A stretch of DNA of 64,000 bases from Deltaproteobacteria bacterium (GCA_016218925.1 JACRCR010000140.1:6389-70388), one strand, 5' to 3'; positions 19,374 to 29,606 are shown, numbered from the stretch's first letter. Notes: generated by a model not told the origin, from the sequence alone. Made by a program: numbers and translations.

Positions 19374-20038
19374 GTCGCAGCGGCGCCAGCGCACGCGTAG
19401 CGCCCGCCGACGGTGGCGGGCACGCCGGACTCGGCAAGCGCCAGCGCAACGTGATCCGCAACCGCCAGTCCATCTTGTCGGCGGCTCGCGAGGTATTCAG
19501 CGAACTCGGCTACGGTGCCGCGACCATCCGTGACATAGTGCGGCGCACCGATCTGGCGGCCGGGACGTTCTACAACTACTTTCCAGACAAAGAGTCGGTA
19601 CTGCGTGAAATCCTGGAAGATTTTACCGGACGAGTGCGGCAGCGGGCGCACGAGGCACGGATGGAGGCGCGCACGCTCGAAGAGCTGATGCGCTCGTCGT
19701 TCCTGACCTGCTTTCGCCTCTACGCCGAGGAGAAGACGCTGGTTGCGATGATGGCGCGCAACGCCGGCGAGGTTCCGTTGATGACCTCCGGGACGATCCT
19801 GCAGCCGGCCATCGCCGAGTTGATCGCCGACCTCCGTGCCAAAGAGCGCGAGGGCGTCGTTCCCCGTCTCGACATCGAACGCACCGCCCGCGTGGCGGTG
19901 GCGCTGGCGAGCGAACTTGGCCTTCACATGCTGTCGCGCAAGCCGCTGGACATCGAAGGGACCACCGAGTTCGCCGCCCGCTTCATGCTTGGCGGCATTA
20001 TCGGAGTGGCTGGCGCGCCGCTGGCCAAAGGGGCTTAG
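19370..20038 (+). CDS. TetR/AcrR family transcriptional regulator
   Basis: 'ILSAAREVFSELGYGAATIRDIVRRTDLAAGTFYNYFPDKE' HTH; probable TTG start overlapping the upstream TGA. Confidence 0.92.
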   Translation: MSRSGASARVAPADGGGHAGLGKRQRNVIRNRQSILSAAREVFSELGYGAATIRDIVRRTDLAAGTFYNYFPDKESVLREILEDFTGRVRQRAHEARMEARTLEELMRSSFLTCFRLYAEEKTLVAMMARNAGEVPLMTSGTILQPAIAELIADLRAKEREGVVPRLDIERTARVAVALASELGLHMLSRKPLDIEGTTEFAARFMLGGIIGVAGAPLAKGA

Positions 20039-20244
20039 GCGTCCCGGCGACGCGCCGCGGCAAAGCCGGCCGCTGTGCACAGCCAAAAAAATTTCAAAAC
20101 TCCCCCCTCGATCTATAGCGCAGGGTTTCAACAAGATGGTAAGTATCTGGCGCGGCGCAGGGCTACGTTCGCGTGAATGGGTGGGATTCTGGTCATCTGT
20201 AGGCCCTCGACTGCCTCTCAGCACATCCAAAGGAGGAGTTACGA

Positions 20245-21327
20245 ATGACCATCCGATTCGCTAGGAAGAGCATCGCTCTTTTTTCGTCCCTTGCCGTCCT
20301 TGGCATGGCCTCGCAGGCCATGGCGAGCACGCTGAATCAGAACGTGTCGTGGACCATCGACCGCGCCGGCACTACGACCAAGTATCGCGTCGCGGCCTAC
20401 GGCGACTCGATCTACGCCGGCTACAACGGTTCGACTCTCAGCGCCGCCAAGTACCAGGCGACCACCATCGACTCCGAGTACCTCGCGGCCAAGTGGAACG
20501 CGGACATCGAGAACATCCGTCGCTGCAAGTCGGGCGCGGTGGCGTCGGACATCTACAACAACAAGATCGTAGCCGAGCGGTCGTACATGCAGGCGACCAG
20601 CACCCGCGTGGTCACCTTCGAGATGTGCGGCAACGACGGCTTGCAGGCTCGCAGCAACCTCAAAGGCCAGAGCGGCACCTGTAACTTCGGGGTGCTCGAC
20701 ACGGCACTCAACAACTGCACGACGTATCAGAGCGCCGCGATGGCCTACATCAACGCGAACGCGTCGGCCAACGTGAAGCTCAAGGTGATCGCCAACCTGT
20801 ACTACCCCGGCTACAACGCAGACAACGTGCTGAGCACCTGCACGGTGGGCGGCGTGAAGGTGAACCTGCGCGACAAGTTCCTCCCCTACATCGCCAAGAT
20901 GAACTGGAGGGCCTGCAACTTCGCCAACACCTACGGCTTCAAGTGCGTCGACAACTTCGCCGAGTACATGGGCGCCGACTACGACAGCAACGGCGACGGC
21001 CTGGTCGATTCGGAAGCGCTCAAGTACGTGCAGGGAGAGTCGGAAGCGGCCTACGTCACGCGCATCACGGTGACGCTGAAGTCGACGATCCGCGACGCGA
21101 ACACTCACTTCGCGACGTCCTCCACCAGCTACGACTACATCCAGTCGGACGACACCCACCCCACCTACACGGGCGGGACCGTGACCGCCGGTCTGTTCGG
21201 CGGCACCACGGGCAGCGGCGCGGCTCGCTACACGTCGTTCACCGGCGGCAAGAACCCGATCTGGAACCAGCTCGGACACGAGCGCATGGGATGGGCGCTG
21301 TCGACCTGGAACCCGACCGCTCCGTAA
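20245..21327 (+). CDS. Secreted SGNH/GDSL hydrolase
   Basis: Signal peptide ending AMA; blocks GDS, (S)GA, GND and DDTHP; Dx[DN]xDG loop 'DSNGDG'; strong RBS AAAGGAGG. Confidence 0.85.
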   Translation: MTIRFARKSIALFSSLAVLGMASQAMASTLNQNVSWTIDRAGTTTKYRVAAYGDSIYAGYNGSTLSAAKYQATTIDSEYLAAKWNADIENIRRCKSGAVASDIYNNKIVAERSYMQATSTRVVTFEMCGNDGLQARSNLKGQSGTCNFGVLDTALNNCTTYQSAAMAYINANASANVKLKVIANLYYPGYNADNVLSTCTVGGVKVNLRDKFLPYIAKMNWRACNFANTYGFKCVDNFAEYMGADYDSNGDGLVDSEALKYVQGESEAAYVTRITVTLKSTIRDANTHFATSSTSYDYIQSDDTHPTYTGGTVTAGLFGGTTGSGAARYTSFTGGKNPIWNQLGHERMGWALSTWNPTAP

Positions 21328-21602
21328 GGCTGCTTCGCTATCACGGGCCTCGGCCCGACATGCAAGGCCGCGTCCGGCAACTCGCCGGGCGCGGCCTTGC
21401 TCGTTGTGCGCATGGTATGGCGCGAAGCGCCGTGACCGGCGCTTTGCGCCGCGCAGCCGGGCGCTCGCTTGCGGTACGCGCGCACGAGCACTAACGTCCC
21501 ACTAACGTCCAATGATGAGCGATCGCGCCAGGCGCAGCGCATCGTCCTCGGCCGACGACGACGGGGTGCGCATCGTTGCCCGCGACGGCGGCGGCCGGCG
21601 CG

Positions 21603-22270
21603 CAATGGTTCTGTATCAGGCGATGGCGCTGTTTCTGGTGGCCTGCTCGGCGGGCTATGTGATGACACCGCGTCGCAGCACTCCGACCCCTTCTCCCGCA
21701 GCGGCGCGGCCGCCGCTGTCGCCGGCCGGCAAGGCTATCGCCGAGGCGCTCCCCGCGGCGGACAACGCCGATGACGCGGCGGCCAAGACGCAGGCCGCGC
21801 AGATAACCACCGTGTCCGGTCGTGCGATGACGCCGCGACGCGCGGCGCCGCCTCGCGCCAAGGATCCCGAGCCGCAGGGAGATACGACGCCGGACCTGTC
21901 GGATTTCGTCCCGCCGGGCCAGGCACCGACCGCCGGCGAAGTGATCGAAGAACTGCACAAGCGCGGCATCTACGAGGGTATCGGCGCGTTTCCGCCGCCG
22001 GGCACCAGCCCGCCGATGGCCGGCCTGGCGGTTCCCGAGGACTTCGAGCTTCCCGAAGGCTATGTCCGCCACTTCCAGTCCACCGACGACGGCCAGCTCA
22101 TAGATCCGATCCTGATGTTCCATCCTGACTACGAGTTCTACGACGCGAACGGACAGCGCATACCGATTCCGGAGAACCGCGTGGTTCCTCCTGAGCTGGC
22201 GCCCCCGGGGCTCCCGATCCGAGAAATCGAGATTCCGCGTGACCTAAACTCGGGAGACCTGTTGCGCTGA
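21603..22270 (+). CDS. Hypothetical membrane-anchored proline-rich protein
   Basis: Hydrophobic N-terminus 'MALFLVACSAG', low-complexity linker, compact C-domain 'GIGAFPPPGT...VPEDFELPEGYVRHFQSTDDGQ...ILMFHPDY'. Start may be upstream (ORF from 21512). Confidence 0.7.
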
Positions 22271-22296
22271 ACCGTCTCGGGCCTCTCCGCCCCGGT

Positions 22297-23892
22297 GTGC
22301 GCTGGCTCGCCGGCATCGTCGCCGCCTCGGCGATCCTCGGCCTGTGCTCGCGAATAGAAGGCTACTCGTACCTGCTCGATTTCTTCGGTCTGGTGCCGTG
22401 GCTGCTGGTCCTCGATACGACGACCACCGCGGGCGCAGCCGCTCTGTGCGGCCTCGTGATGTGCGCCGCGTTCGTTGTCACGATCTTCGCGTGGTTCGGT
22501 TTTGCCATCGCGGTCTACTCTGCCGGTGACGCAGCGGCGGGGCTGGTCGTGCTGCTGGCATCGGCTCCGCTGCTGCAGCCCCAGTTCATCGCGTTCGCGC
22601 TGGTCCGCCACCTCGCCGGTCGCCACTACGGTCCGGCGCTTCGCGCGCTGGCGGGAGCGTCGGCTTGGGTGGCGACCGAGTGGGTCTTTCCCAAGCTTCT
22701 GGCCGACAACCTCGCCCACGGATTGTACCCGTCGCCGGTACTGCGCCAGGTGGCCGATCTTGGCGGCACCGCCGGCATCACGTTCGCGCTGGTCGTCATC
22801 AACGAGTGCCTGGCGATGGCGATCGCACGCCGCGGCCGCGGCCTGCGCGCGTTGGCGGCGCCGCTGGCGACCGCGGCGGCCATCGTCGCGTTGATGACCG
22901 GCTACGGAGTGTCACGCTTGTCCGCTCTGGCCTCGGCGTCCGGCAGCGAGAAGCCACTGCGCGTAGGTCTCATACAGTCCGACATCGCCTCCTACGAGCG
23001 CCTGCGCCGCGAGATGGGAACCTACGACGTGGTCCGCTACGTGCTCGACACCCACTACGCGATGTCGCGCGAGGCCATCGACGTGAATCACGTCGATGCG
23101 TTGCTGTGGTCGGAGACCGTGTACCCGACCACCTTCGGCCGCCCCAAGAGCGATGCCGGCGGCGACCTGGATCGCGAGATCGAAGACTTCGTCTCGCGCG
23201 CTGGCGTTCCGCTGGTGTTCGGCACCTACGACCGCGACGACGACGGGGAGTACAACGCGGCGGTGTTTCTCGAGCCTGCCTCGGCCGGTGAGCCGTCGCG
23301 CTTCGACATCTACCGCAAGACCGATCTGTTCCTGCTGACCGAGTACGTGCCGTGGTGGCTGGAGGGGCCCGCGCTGCGAGCGGCGTTGCCGTGGGCGGGG
23401 ACCTGGAAGCCCGGCAACGGCGCAAGAGTGCTGCCGCTGCGTCTGGCCGATGGGAGAGAGATTCCGGTACTGCCGATGATCTGTCTGGACGACGTCGACG
23501 CGGGTCTTGCGATCACCGGCGCGCGGCTCGGTGCCCGCGTCATCCTGGTGATGTCGAACGATTCGTGGTTCACGGAGCACCCGGCCGGCGCCAACCTGCA
23601 TCTGGTGGTATCGGCGTTCCGCAGCATCGAGACCCGTCTGCCGCAGATGCGCGTGACCGCCAACGGCATCAGCGCCGTCATCGACCGCAGCGGTGAGATC
23701 GTTGCCGGCGCGGCGATGGGCGATCGCGCGGTCGTGATCGGCGAAGCGTCAACGAACGCGCCGCCTGCGACGCTGATGGTGGCCTGGGGCGACTGGGTAG
23801 GCCCGGCCTGTCTGGTGGTGCTGGTGGTGATGCTTGGCGTCCCCGCCGCAGCAAGGCGCGCAGGGCTCCGATCTCTCGGCTGTGACCCGTGA
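22297..23892 (+). CDS. Apolipoprotein N-acyltransferase (Lnt)-like protein
   Basis: Multi-TM N-domain plus nitrilase fold with E (WSETVYP), K (YRKTDLF..EYVP) and C (MICLDD); 'SNDSWF', 'RSIETRLPQMRVTANGIS'. Confidence 0.88.
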   Translation: MRWLAGIVAASAILGLCSRIEGYSYLLDFFGLVPWLLVLDTTTTAGAAALCGLVMCAAFVVTIFAWFGFAIAVYSAGDAAAGLVVLLASAPLLQPQFIAFALVRHLAGRHYGPALRALAGASAWVATEWVFPKLLADNLAHGLYPSPVLRQVADLGGTAGITFALVVINECLAMAIARRGRGLRALAAPLATAAAIVALMTGYGVSRLSALASASGSEKPLRVGLIQSDIASYERLRREMGTYDVVRYVLDTHYAMSREAIDVNHVDALLWSETVYPTTFGRPKSDAGGDLDREIEDFVSRAGVPLVFGTYDRDDDGEYNAAVFLEPASAGEPSRFDIYRKTDLFLLTEYVPWWLEGPALRAALPWAGTWKPGNGARVLPLRLADGREIPVLPMICLDDVDAGLAITGARLGARVILVMSNDSWFTEHPAGANLHLVVSAFRSIETRLPQMRVTANGISAVIDRSGEIVAGAAMGDRAVVIGEASTNAPPATLMVAWGDWVGPACLVVLVVMLGVPAAARRAGLRSLGCDP

Positions 23893-23907
23893 CCCGCGAT
23901 GCGTGTG

Positions 23908-24474
23908 CTAACGCGGCGGGAAGAGATCCTCGGCGCATAGGCGCAGATCCAGCGGAGTCGGGGGTAGACCTTCGTCAGCGGTGGCGATGCCGCTCTCGCG
24001 GTATCGATACGCCCTCGCATCCGGCGCACGGAACCACTCCACCCGCTGATCGCGCAAGTTGACGAGCCAGTAGTCGGGAATCTCAGCCGCCGCATAGATC
24101 CTCGACTTGGTCAGGCGATCCTGTCCGACCGAACTGTCGGCTGCCTCGACGACGAGCAAACAGCGGTCGGGGTGCCCGCTCTGATAACCGTCGGAGCGAA
24201 ACGGGACCACGGCGACATCGGGCTCCGGTACCGAGGCCGCGGCGGCGAGCAACGGAAGCTGCGAGCGAACGATCGCGTGATCACCAACCAGCGCCGCAAG
24301 TCTCCCGCGGATCCACCAGACCGTGGCCGCATGCAATGGCTGCTGTGGAGACATCGACACGATGAGGCCGTCCAATAACTCGACCCTCTCGTCGGGAGCC
24401 AGCGCTCCCGCCTCTACCAGCGCGAAGTACTCCGTTGCGGCACAGCGGACTTGTTGCTGGTCGCTCTCGTGCAT
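23908..24474 (-). CDS. Uma2 (DUF820) family endonuclease-fold protein
   Basis: C-terminal part of ORF 23908..25467: 'RVELLDGLIVSMSPQQPLH', 'PEPDVAVV', 'LVVEAADSS', 'KSRIYAAAEIPDYWLVNL'. Confidence 0.9.
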   Translation of the reverse strand: MHESDQQQVRCAATEYFALVEAGALAPDERVELLDGLIVSMSPQQPLHAATVWWIRGRLAALVGDHAIVRSQLPLLAAAASVPEPDVAVVPFRSDGYQSGHPDRCLLVVEAADSSVGQDRLTKSRIYAAAEIPDYWLVNLRDQRVEWFRAPDARAYRYRESGIATADEGLPPTPLDLRLCAEDLFPPR

Positions 24475-24831
24475 GCCGCAGGCAGCGTAACAGCATCGGC
24501 TGCAGGACAGAACGCCGCGCGATAACGCAGGTGGTACAGTAGCGGCCACGCCTCTGCATCGGGGGCTGCGATAGCGTGCCGGACCGTGACGGTGCGTGCA
24601 CACGGTCACTTCGGCGCGCCGGCGCACGCGGCCGAGCCAGGCCGCGTGAGGAACAGGCGATCTGTGACCTTCGTCACCGATGGGTGGGAATTCTGGATAT
24701 CGGGCGTGGCCGCGGCCTTGCATAAGGGGCGTCCGCCGGAGTAGACCCCTGCTATCGTAAGGAACTGTCCTTCGCTCAACCGGGCACTGCGCCGGGGCGG
24801 TCTCGGGGATTCGTAGGGCCGAGGCGTACCA

Positions 24832-26934
24832 GTGCGGCAACCGACGGGGAGGGTCCACAAGCGAGAGATTGCGTCCGGGCTGCTGCTGCTGGCGGCCATG
24901 CTGTTGTCGGCGCGTCAGGCCTGCGCGGACGCCGCCGCGACGAGCGATACGCCTGCCTCCGACGAGTCGCTGCGCGAGCTGGTCAGCCTGCTGGAGGACC
25001 AGACCGAAATCGCGACCAGAACCAAGCTCAACGTGGACTACGTTCCCGGATCGGTGAGTGTCGTCAGCGGCGACGAATTGCTCACGCGCGGTGCGCGCAC
25101 CGTTTTCGAGGCCCTGCCACTGGTGCCCGGCGTGCAGACATCGATCCTGCCGACGGGAATCCAGCAGGTGATCATCCGTGGCCTCGGCAAGGTGTTCCGT
25201 TCCGGCAAGGTCAAATTGATGCTGAACGGAGTTGCCGTCAACAGCACGTTCACCGGCGAGGGCAACATGCTCTTCGCCATTCCGATCGAACAGGTGGATC
25301 GCATCGAGGTGATTCGCGGCCCGGGCTCGGCGGTGTACGGCGAGTACGCGCTGGCCGGCGTCGTCAACGTCGTCACGCGCACCACCGGTAACGAGATCTA
25401 TACCCGTGTCGACGAGAACGGCGGCGTCACTCCAGGGGGCCTCTTCAGCTATCAATTCCCCGACCACGACGCGGGATTGAGTATCAATGTTGCCGGGGTG
25501 CGGAGCGACGGAGCAGACGTGACATCCGGGCCCGACGGCCTGTACGGCACGCCGAACGAAGCGGTGTCGCTGGCGCCCGGCCCGACCAATGAAGCCGAGA
25601 GTTTAGTCTCGGCCCTGGTCGATCTCCACTACCGCAAGACGTCGCTCGGCGTGCAGTACGTCAACGACGAGAAAGGTACGGCGTTCGGTCTATCGTCCGC
25701 CTACGGGCCGACACACGGCACGCCACGCGCCGAGGGGCATCTAGCAGTCGATGCGCGGCAGCAATGGCACCCTCTCGAGAGCCTCGACGTGGACTTCAAC
25801 CTGGGATGGTCACGCTATACGCTGAACACCGATCCGCGCGGCAGTCCGCAGACGCCTCCCGGCTTCAAGAGCGCGCAGTTCGAGTATCCGGACGGTCAGA
25901 ATCTCGGGGTCGACTATCCCGAGCACCGCTACCACGGCGGTGCTCAGGCCACCTATCGAGGCTTCGATCGGCATCGTCTGCTGGCCGGCATCGATCTCGC
26001 CTACATCGAGGAAGAAGACGCGAGTACGTCCCAGAACTACGACCCGCAAACCCTCGAGCCGCTGCCTGAGATCGCGAAGTTTCCCGGCGAACTCGGGCTG
26101 GTCGATGCCGGGCTGACGCGCCGTATCGTCGGTACGTTCGTGCAGGACGAGTTCTCGCTGTTCGAACCGCTGACGCTCACCGCCGGGGCGCGCTACGACG
26201 ACTACGACGACGCCGGTGGAAACTTCTCGCCACGATTTGCACTGGTCTACCGGCCGCTGGAAGCGCACATCTTCAAGTTCCAGTATGGCGAGGCGTTTCG
26301 CCCGCCGACGTTCGCCGAGAGTTCGGCGCACACGATCAACACACAGGGCAATCCGGACCTCGATCCGGAGACGGTTCGTACGTTCGAGCTGGGCTACATC
26401 TACAATAGCGGACCAACCCTGGGGCGCGTGACTTTCTCGGTGTCCGATGTTGACGATCTGATAACAAAGGACGCAACTCGCAAGTACGTCAACTCCGGAT
26501 CCGCCGAACTGAAGGGGGTAGAGATCGAGCTGGCACACACGGTGGGTAAGCGGCTCGAGCTGGAGGGGAACTTCTCGTACGTCGACGCAGAGAACAGTTC
26601 GACCAACACCCCGGTGCCCGACGTGGCGGAAATCCTTGCCAACGCCGGGGCGATCTTCCGGCCTCTGCCAACCCTCACGCTCGCGGTCCAGTACCGCTAC
26701 ACCGGATCGATGCACCGCGCAGCCGGTGATGGTCGCGACGATCTCGACGACGTTCATGCGGTCGACCTGATCGCCCGCGCTTTTGACGTCGGCTACCGCG
26801 GGTTCACGCTCAGCGGCGGCGTGCGCAACTTGTTCGACGCCGATGTCGTGGTCCCGGCTGCGGCCGGGACTTGGCGAGGCGACCTGCCGCGGCCAGGGCG
26901 AGAGTTCTGGGGCGAGGTTGCGTACAAATGGTGA
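24832..26934 (+). CDS. TonB-dependent receptor
   Basis: Plug motifs 'VPGSVSVV', 'IDRIEVIRGPGSAVYG' (as VDRIEVIRGPGSAVYGEYALAGVVNVVT), beta-barrel strands, terminal aromatic residue (AYKW). Confidence 0.92.
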   Translation: MRQPTGRVHKREIASGLLLLAAMLLSARQACADAAATSDTPASDESLRELVSLLEDQTEIATRTKLNVDYVPGSVSVVSGDELLTRGARTVFEALPLVPGVQTSILPTGIQQVIIRGLGKVFRSGKVKLMLNGVAVNSTFTGEGNMLFAIPIEQVDRIEVIRGPGSAVYGEYALAGVVNVVTRTTGNEIYTRVDENGGVTPGGLFSYQFPDHDAGLSINVAGVRSDGADVTSGPDGLYGTPNEAVSLAPGPTNEAESLVSALVDLHYRKTSLGVQYVNDEKGTAFGLSSAYGPTHGTPRAEGHLAVDARQQWHPLESLDVDFNLGWSRYTLNTDPRGSPQTPPGFKSAQFEYPDGQNLGVDYPEHRYHGGAQATYRGFDRHRLLAGIDLAYIEEEDASTSQNYDPQTLEPLPEIAKFPGELGLVDAGLTRRIVGTFVQDEFSLFEPLTLTAGARYDDYDDAGGNFSPRFALVYRPLEAHIFKFQYGEAFRPPTFAESSAHTINTQGNPDLDPETVRTFELGYIYNSGPTLGRVTFSVSDVDDLITKDATRKYVNSGSAELKGVEIELAHTVGKRLELEGNFSYVDAENSSTNTPVPDVAEILANAGAIFRPLPTLTLAVQYRYTGSMHRAAGDGRDDLDDVHAVDLIARAFDVGYRGFTLSGGVRNLFDADVVVPAAAGTWRGDLPRPGREFWGEVAYKW

Positions 26935-27518
26935 GAGGAGCGCCGCGCATCGCGTGGTTGCGCGGCGCGTGGCTGGCGTCCTGGCCGATCGCGTTCGTGC
27001 TGGCGGTTGGTCCCGCCGGCGCCGATGACGCGGCCGTCAAACGCGCCGAGATGGGCGTGAGACTGGTGCCGCAAATCGTGGCCCTGGATCAGGATCTCGA
27101 AACCAAACGCACACAGGATCAGCACACGCGGATCGCGCTCGTGTACGATCGTGACGAGTCGCTGGCCCGGCGTCTCGCTGCCGCCATGCGTGCCGGGACC
27201 GACGGCGGCGCTGCGGCGCCACGCATCGATGCGGTCGTGGTGGTGGCCGAGCGCATCGACGACTCGCAAGCGTTGCCGCCGGCCGCGCTGTTCCTGGTCG
27301 AACCGCTGCCGGACCACTTGTTCCGCGTTGTTCAGCGATTCGCGATCCAACGGCAGCGGATCTTGTTTTCCGCATTCCGGGGCGACGTGGAGCGCGGCGC
27401 GACGGCGGGTATCGACGTCGGCATCCGGGTCCGCACCTACTTCAATCTACAGACGCTGCGCGAATCCAATGTCCGGATCAACCCGCAAGCGCTGTCGATT
27501 TCCAGAACCCATGAGTGA
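26928..27518 (+). CDS. YfiR/DUF4154-like periplasmic protein
   Basis: Signal peptide, then 'ILFSAFRGDVERGATAGIDVGIRVRTYFNLQTLRESNVRINPQALSIS', resembling the YfiR C-terminus; overlaps the receptor stop and precedes a kinase. Confidence 0.65.
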   Translation: MVRGAPRIAWLRGAWLASWPIAFVLAVGPAGADDAAVKRAEMGVRLVPQIVALDQDLETKRTQDQHTRIALVYDRDESLARRLAAAMRAGTDGGAAAPRIDAVVVVAERIDDSQALPPAALFLVEPLPDHLFRVVQRFAIQRQRILFSAFRGDVERGATAGIDVGIRVRTYFNLQTLRESNVRINPQALSISRTHE

Positions 27519-27545
27519 AGCGGTGGACTCAGAGGGATCTTCGAG

Positions 27546-29117
27546 ATGAGTGTCGGCAAGAAGATCGCTTCGCTGTGCCTCGTGTCGCTGGTCATCCTCG
27601 CGGCCACGGCTGTGGTGATCGAAGGTACGACGCGGCGACTTACCGACATCGTCCAGCAATTCAATCGCCAGCGCGAGTTCCGCAATGGACTGGATGCGGT
27701 GTGGTTTCTGAACCTAGACGCCGGCGCCGGCGTGCGCCGGTACGTGATCACTGGAAACGATCGAGACCTCGACCACTACCGCAGTGTGAGCGGAACCATC
27801 GGCCAGGTGATCCAGGGAGTCAGTGAACTCGCCGCCGGCAGCCACGCCGCGCGGCCGGCGCAACTGAAGGAGATCGAATCGCTCATCCAGCAGCGACTGG
27901 CGCTGCTGGAACAGATTGTCACCGCCCAGTCCGAACAGGGGTTCGACACGGCACGGCGGCTACTGGCCGCCGGTAACGAGAAGGACATCAACGACACCAT
28001 TCGCCAGAAGATCGCCGAGATCGTCGAAGATGAAGACCGTGCGGCGGATGCGCAGAGTGCCGACGCCCGCGTCACGACGGCGACAGCCAGATCTGCGGTG
28101 CGGATCGCGATGGCGCTGGCGCTGTTGTTCCTCTCGGCGCTCGGCTACGCCACGGCCACCCGGATCGCGCGGCCCATGCACCTGCTGGCGGCGGCGGCCC
28201 GGCGGGTGGGGCGTGGTGAACTGGATCAGGCGGTAGTGGTGAACTCGAACGACGAAGTCGGCGTTCTGTCCGTGGCGTTCAATCAAATGACGACCAATCT
28301 GCGCACTCTGATGGCGACGCTGACTTCGACGAACGTGGCACTGGAAGCCGAGATCCTGGAGCGCAAGCAGGCCCAGGCCGAGATTCACCAACTCAACGCC
28401 GAGTTGAACCAGCGCGCGACCCAGCTCGAGGAAGCCAACAAGGAACTGGAGTCGTTCTCCTACTCCGTGTCGCACGACCTGCGCGCGCCGCTGCGTCACG
28501 TCCAGGGCTACGTCGAGCTGCTCGAGCGGGTTACCGAAGGCAAGCTTCCCGAGAAAGCCGGGCGCTACCTGCGGACCATCACGGACGCGAGCATCGAGAT
28601 GGGCCAGCTCATCGACGACCTGCTGGAGTTTTCGCGGACGGGTCGCGCCGAGATGCAAGCCACCGCCGTTGCGCTGGACAGTCTGCTGCAAGATAGCATC
28701 CGCGACTTGGAGATGGCGACGCAGGGGCGCACCATTGTGTGGGAGATCGCGCCGCTGCCGCACGTCATGGGAGATCCCGCGATGCTCAGACAGGTGCTGG
28801 CCAACCTCGTCGGTAACGCGGTCAAGTACAGCCGCCAGCGTGACCCGGCGCAGATCGCGATCGGCTGCGCCGGCGAAGAGAACGGCCGGGCCATACTGTT
28901 CGTACGCGACAACGGCGCCGGCTTCGATATGAAGTATGTCGACAGGCTCTTTGGCGTCTTCCAGCGGCTACATAGGGCTGAAGAGTTCGAAGGCACGGGC
29001 ATCGGCCTGGCCACCGTGCGCCGCATCATTACTCGCCACGGCGGCCGGGTCTGGGCCGAAGCGACCCCGAATGAGGGCGCCACGTTCTATTTCACCGTGA
29101 AACTGGTAGCTGGTTGA
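27546..29117 (+). CDS. Sensor histidine kinase (CHASE3-like, HAMP, HisKA, HATPase)
   Basis: Two TMs flanking a periplasmic domain, HAMP 'DEVGVLSVAFNQM', H-box 'SYSVSHDLRAPL', N/G boxes 'NAVKY', 'DNGAGF', 'GTGIGLA'. Confidence 0.95.
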   Translation: MSVGKKIASLCLVSLVILAATAVVIEGTTRRLTDIVQQFNRQREFRNGLDAVWFLNLDAGAGVRRYVITGNDRDLDHYRSVSGTIGQVIQGVSELAAGSHAARPAQLKEIESLIQQRLALLEQIVTAQSEQGFDTARRLLAAGNEKDINDTIRQKIAEIVEDEDRAADAQSADARVTTATARSAVRIAMALALLFLSALGYATATRIARPMHLLAAAARRVGRGELDQAVVVNSNDEVGVLSVAFNQMTTNLRTLMATLTSTNVALEAEILERKQAQAEIHQLNAELNQRATQLEEANKELESFSYSVSHDLRAPLRHVQGYVELLERVTEGKLPEKAGRYLRTITDASIEMGQLIDDLLEFSRTGRAEMQATAVALDSLLQDSIRDLEMATQGRTIVWEIAPLPHVMGDPAMLRQVLANLVGNAVKYSRQRDPAQIAIGCAGEENGRAILFVRDNGAGFDMKYVDRLFGVFQRLHRAEEFEGTGIGLATVRRIITRHGGRVWAEATPNEGATFYFTVKLVAG

Positions 29118-29147
29118 TTTCAGCCTGCCGTGAGGAGAGGACACCAC

Positions 29148-29606
29148 ATGAGCCAGCCGAAGCGCATTCTGTTCGTGGACGACAGCACACGCGACACCGA
29201 GCTGGCACTCGCCGCCTTCGAGGAATTCCGACTCGTCAATGAAATTGTCACCGTCCGAGATGGCGCCGAAGCGCTAGACTACCTCTATCGGCGCGGTGAG
29301 TTTGCCGAACGCGAGAACGAGGATCCGGCGGTCGTGATGCTCGACTTGAAGATGCCCAAAGTGGACGGGATGGAGGTGTTGCGTCAGATCAAAGGCGACC
29401 CGGGCCTGAAAACGATCCCGGTGGTGGTCATGACATCGTCGCGCGAGGAGCAGGACCTGATCCGGAGCTATGCGCTGGGCGTCAACGCCTACGTGGTCAA
29501 GCCGGTGAAGTTCCCGGAGTTCGTCGCTGCGGTGAAGGGAGTAGGCGCGTTCTGGCTAATGCTCAACGAACTCCCGCCGCGCCAGCGGATTGTTTCCCGA
29601 CCATGA
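29148..29606 (+). CDS. Single-domain response regulator (Rcp1/CheY-like)
   Basis: 'ILFVDDS', 'VMLDLKMPKVDG', 'VVVMTSS', 'NAYVVKPV'. Confidence 0.95.
   Translation: MSQPKRILFVDDSTRDTELALAAFEEFRLVNEIVTVRDGAEALDYLYRRGEFAERENEDPAVVMLDLKMPKVDGMEVLRQIKGDPGLKTIPVVVMTSSREEQDLIRSYALGVNAYVVKPVKFPEFVAAVKGVGAFWLMLNELPPRQRIVSRP

Noticed and set aside
23908-25467. 519-aa Uma2 fusion
   Set aside because: The upstream part is antisense to the TonB receptor and intergenic DNA; only 23908-24474 has family motifs.
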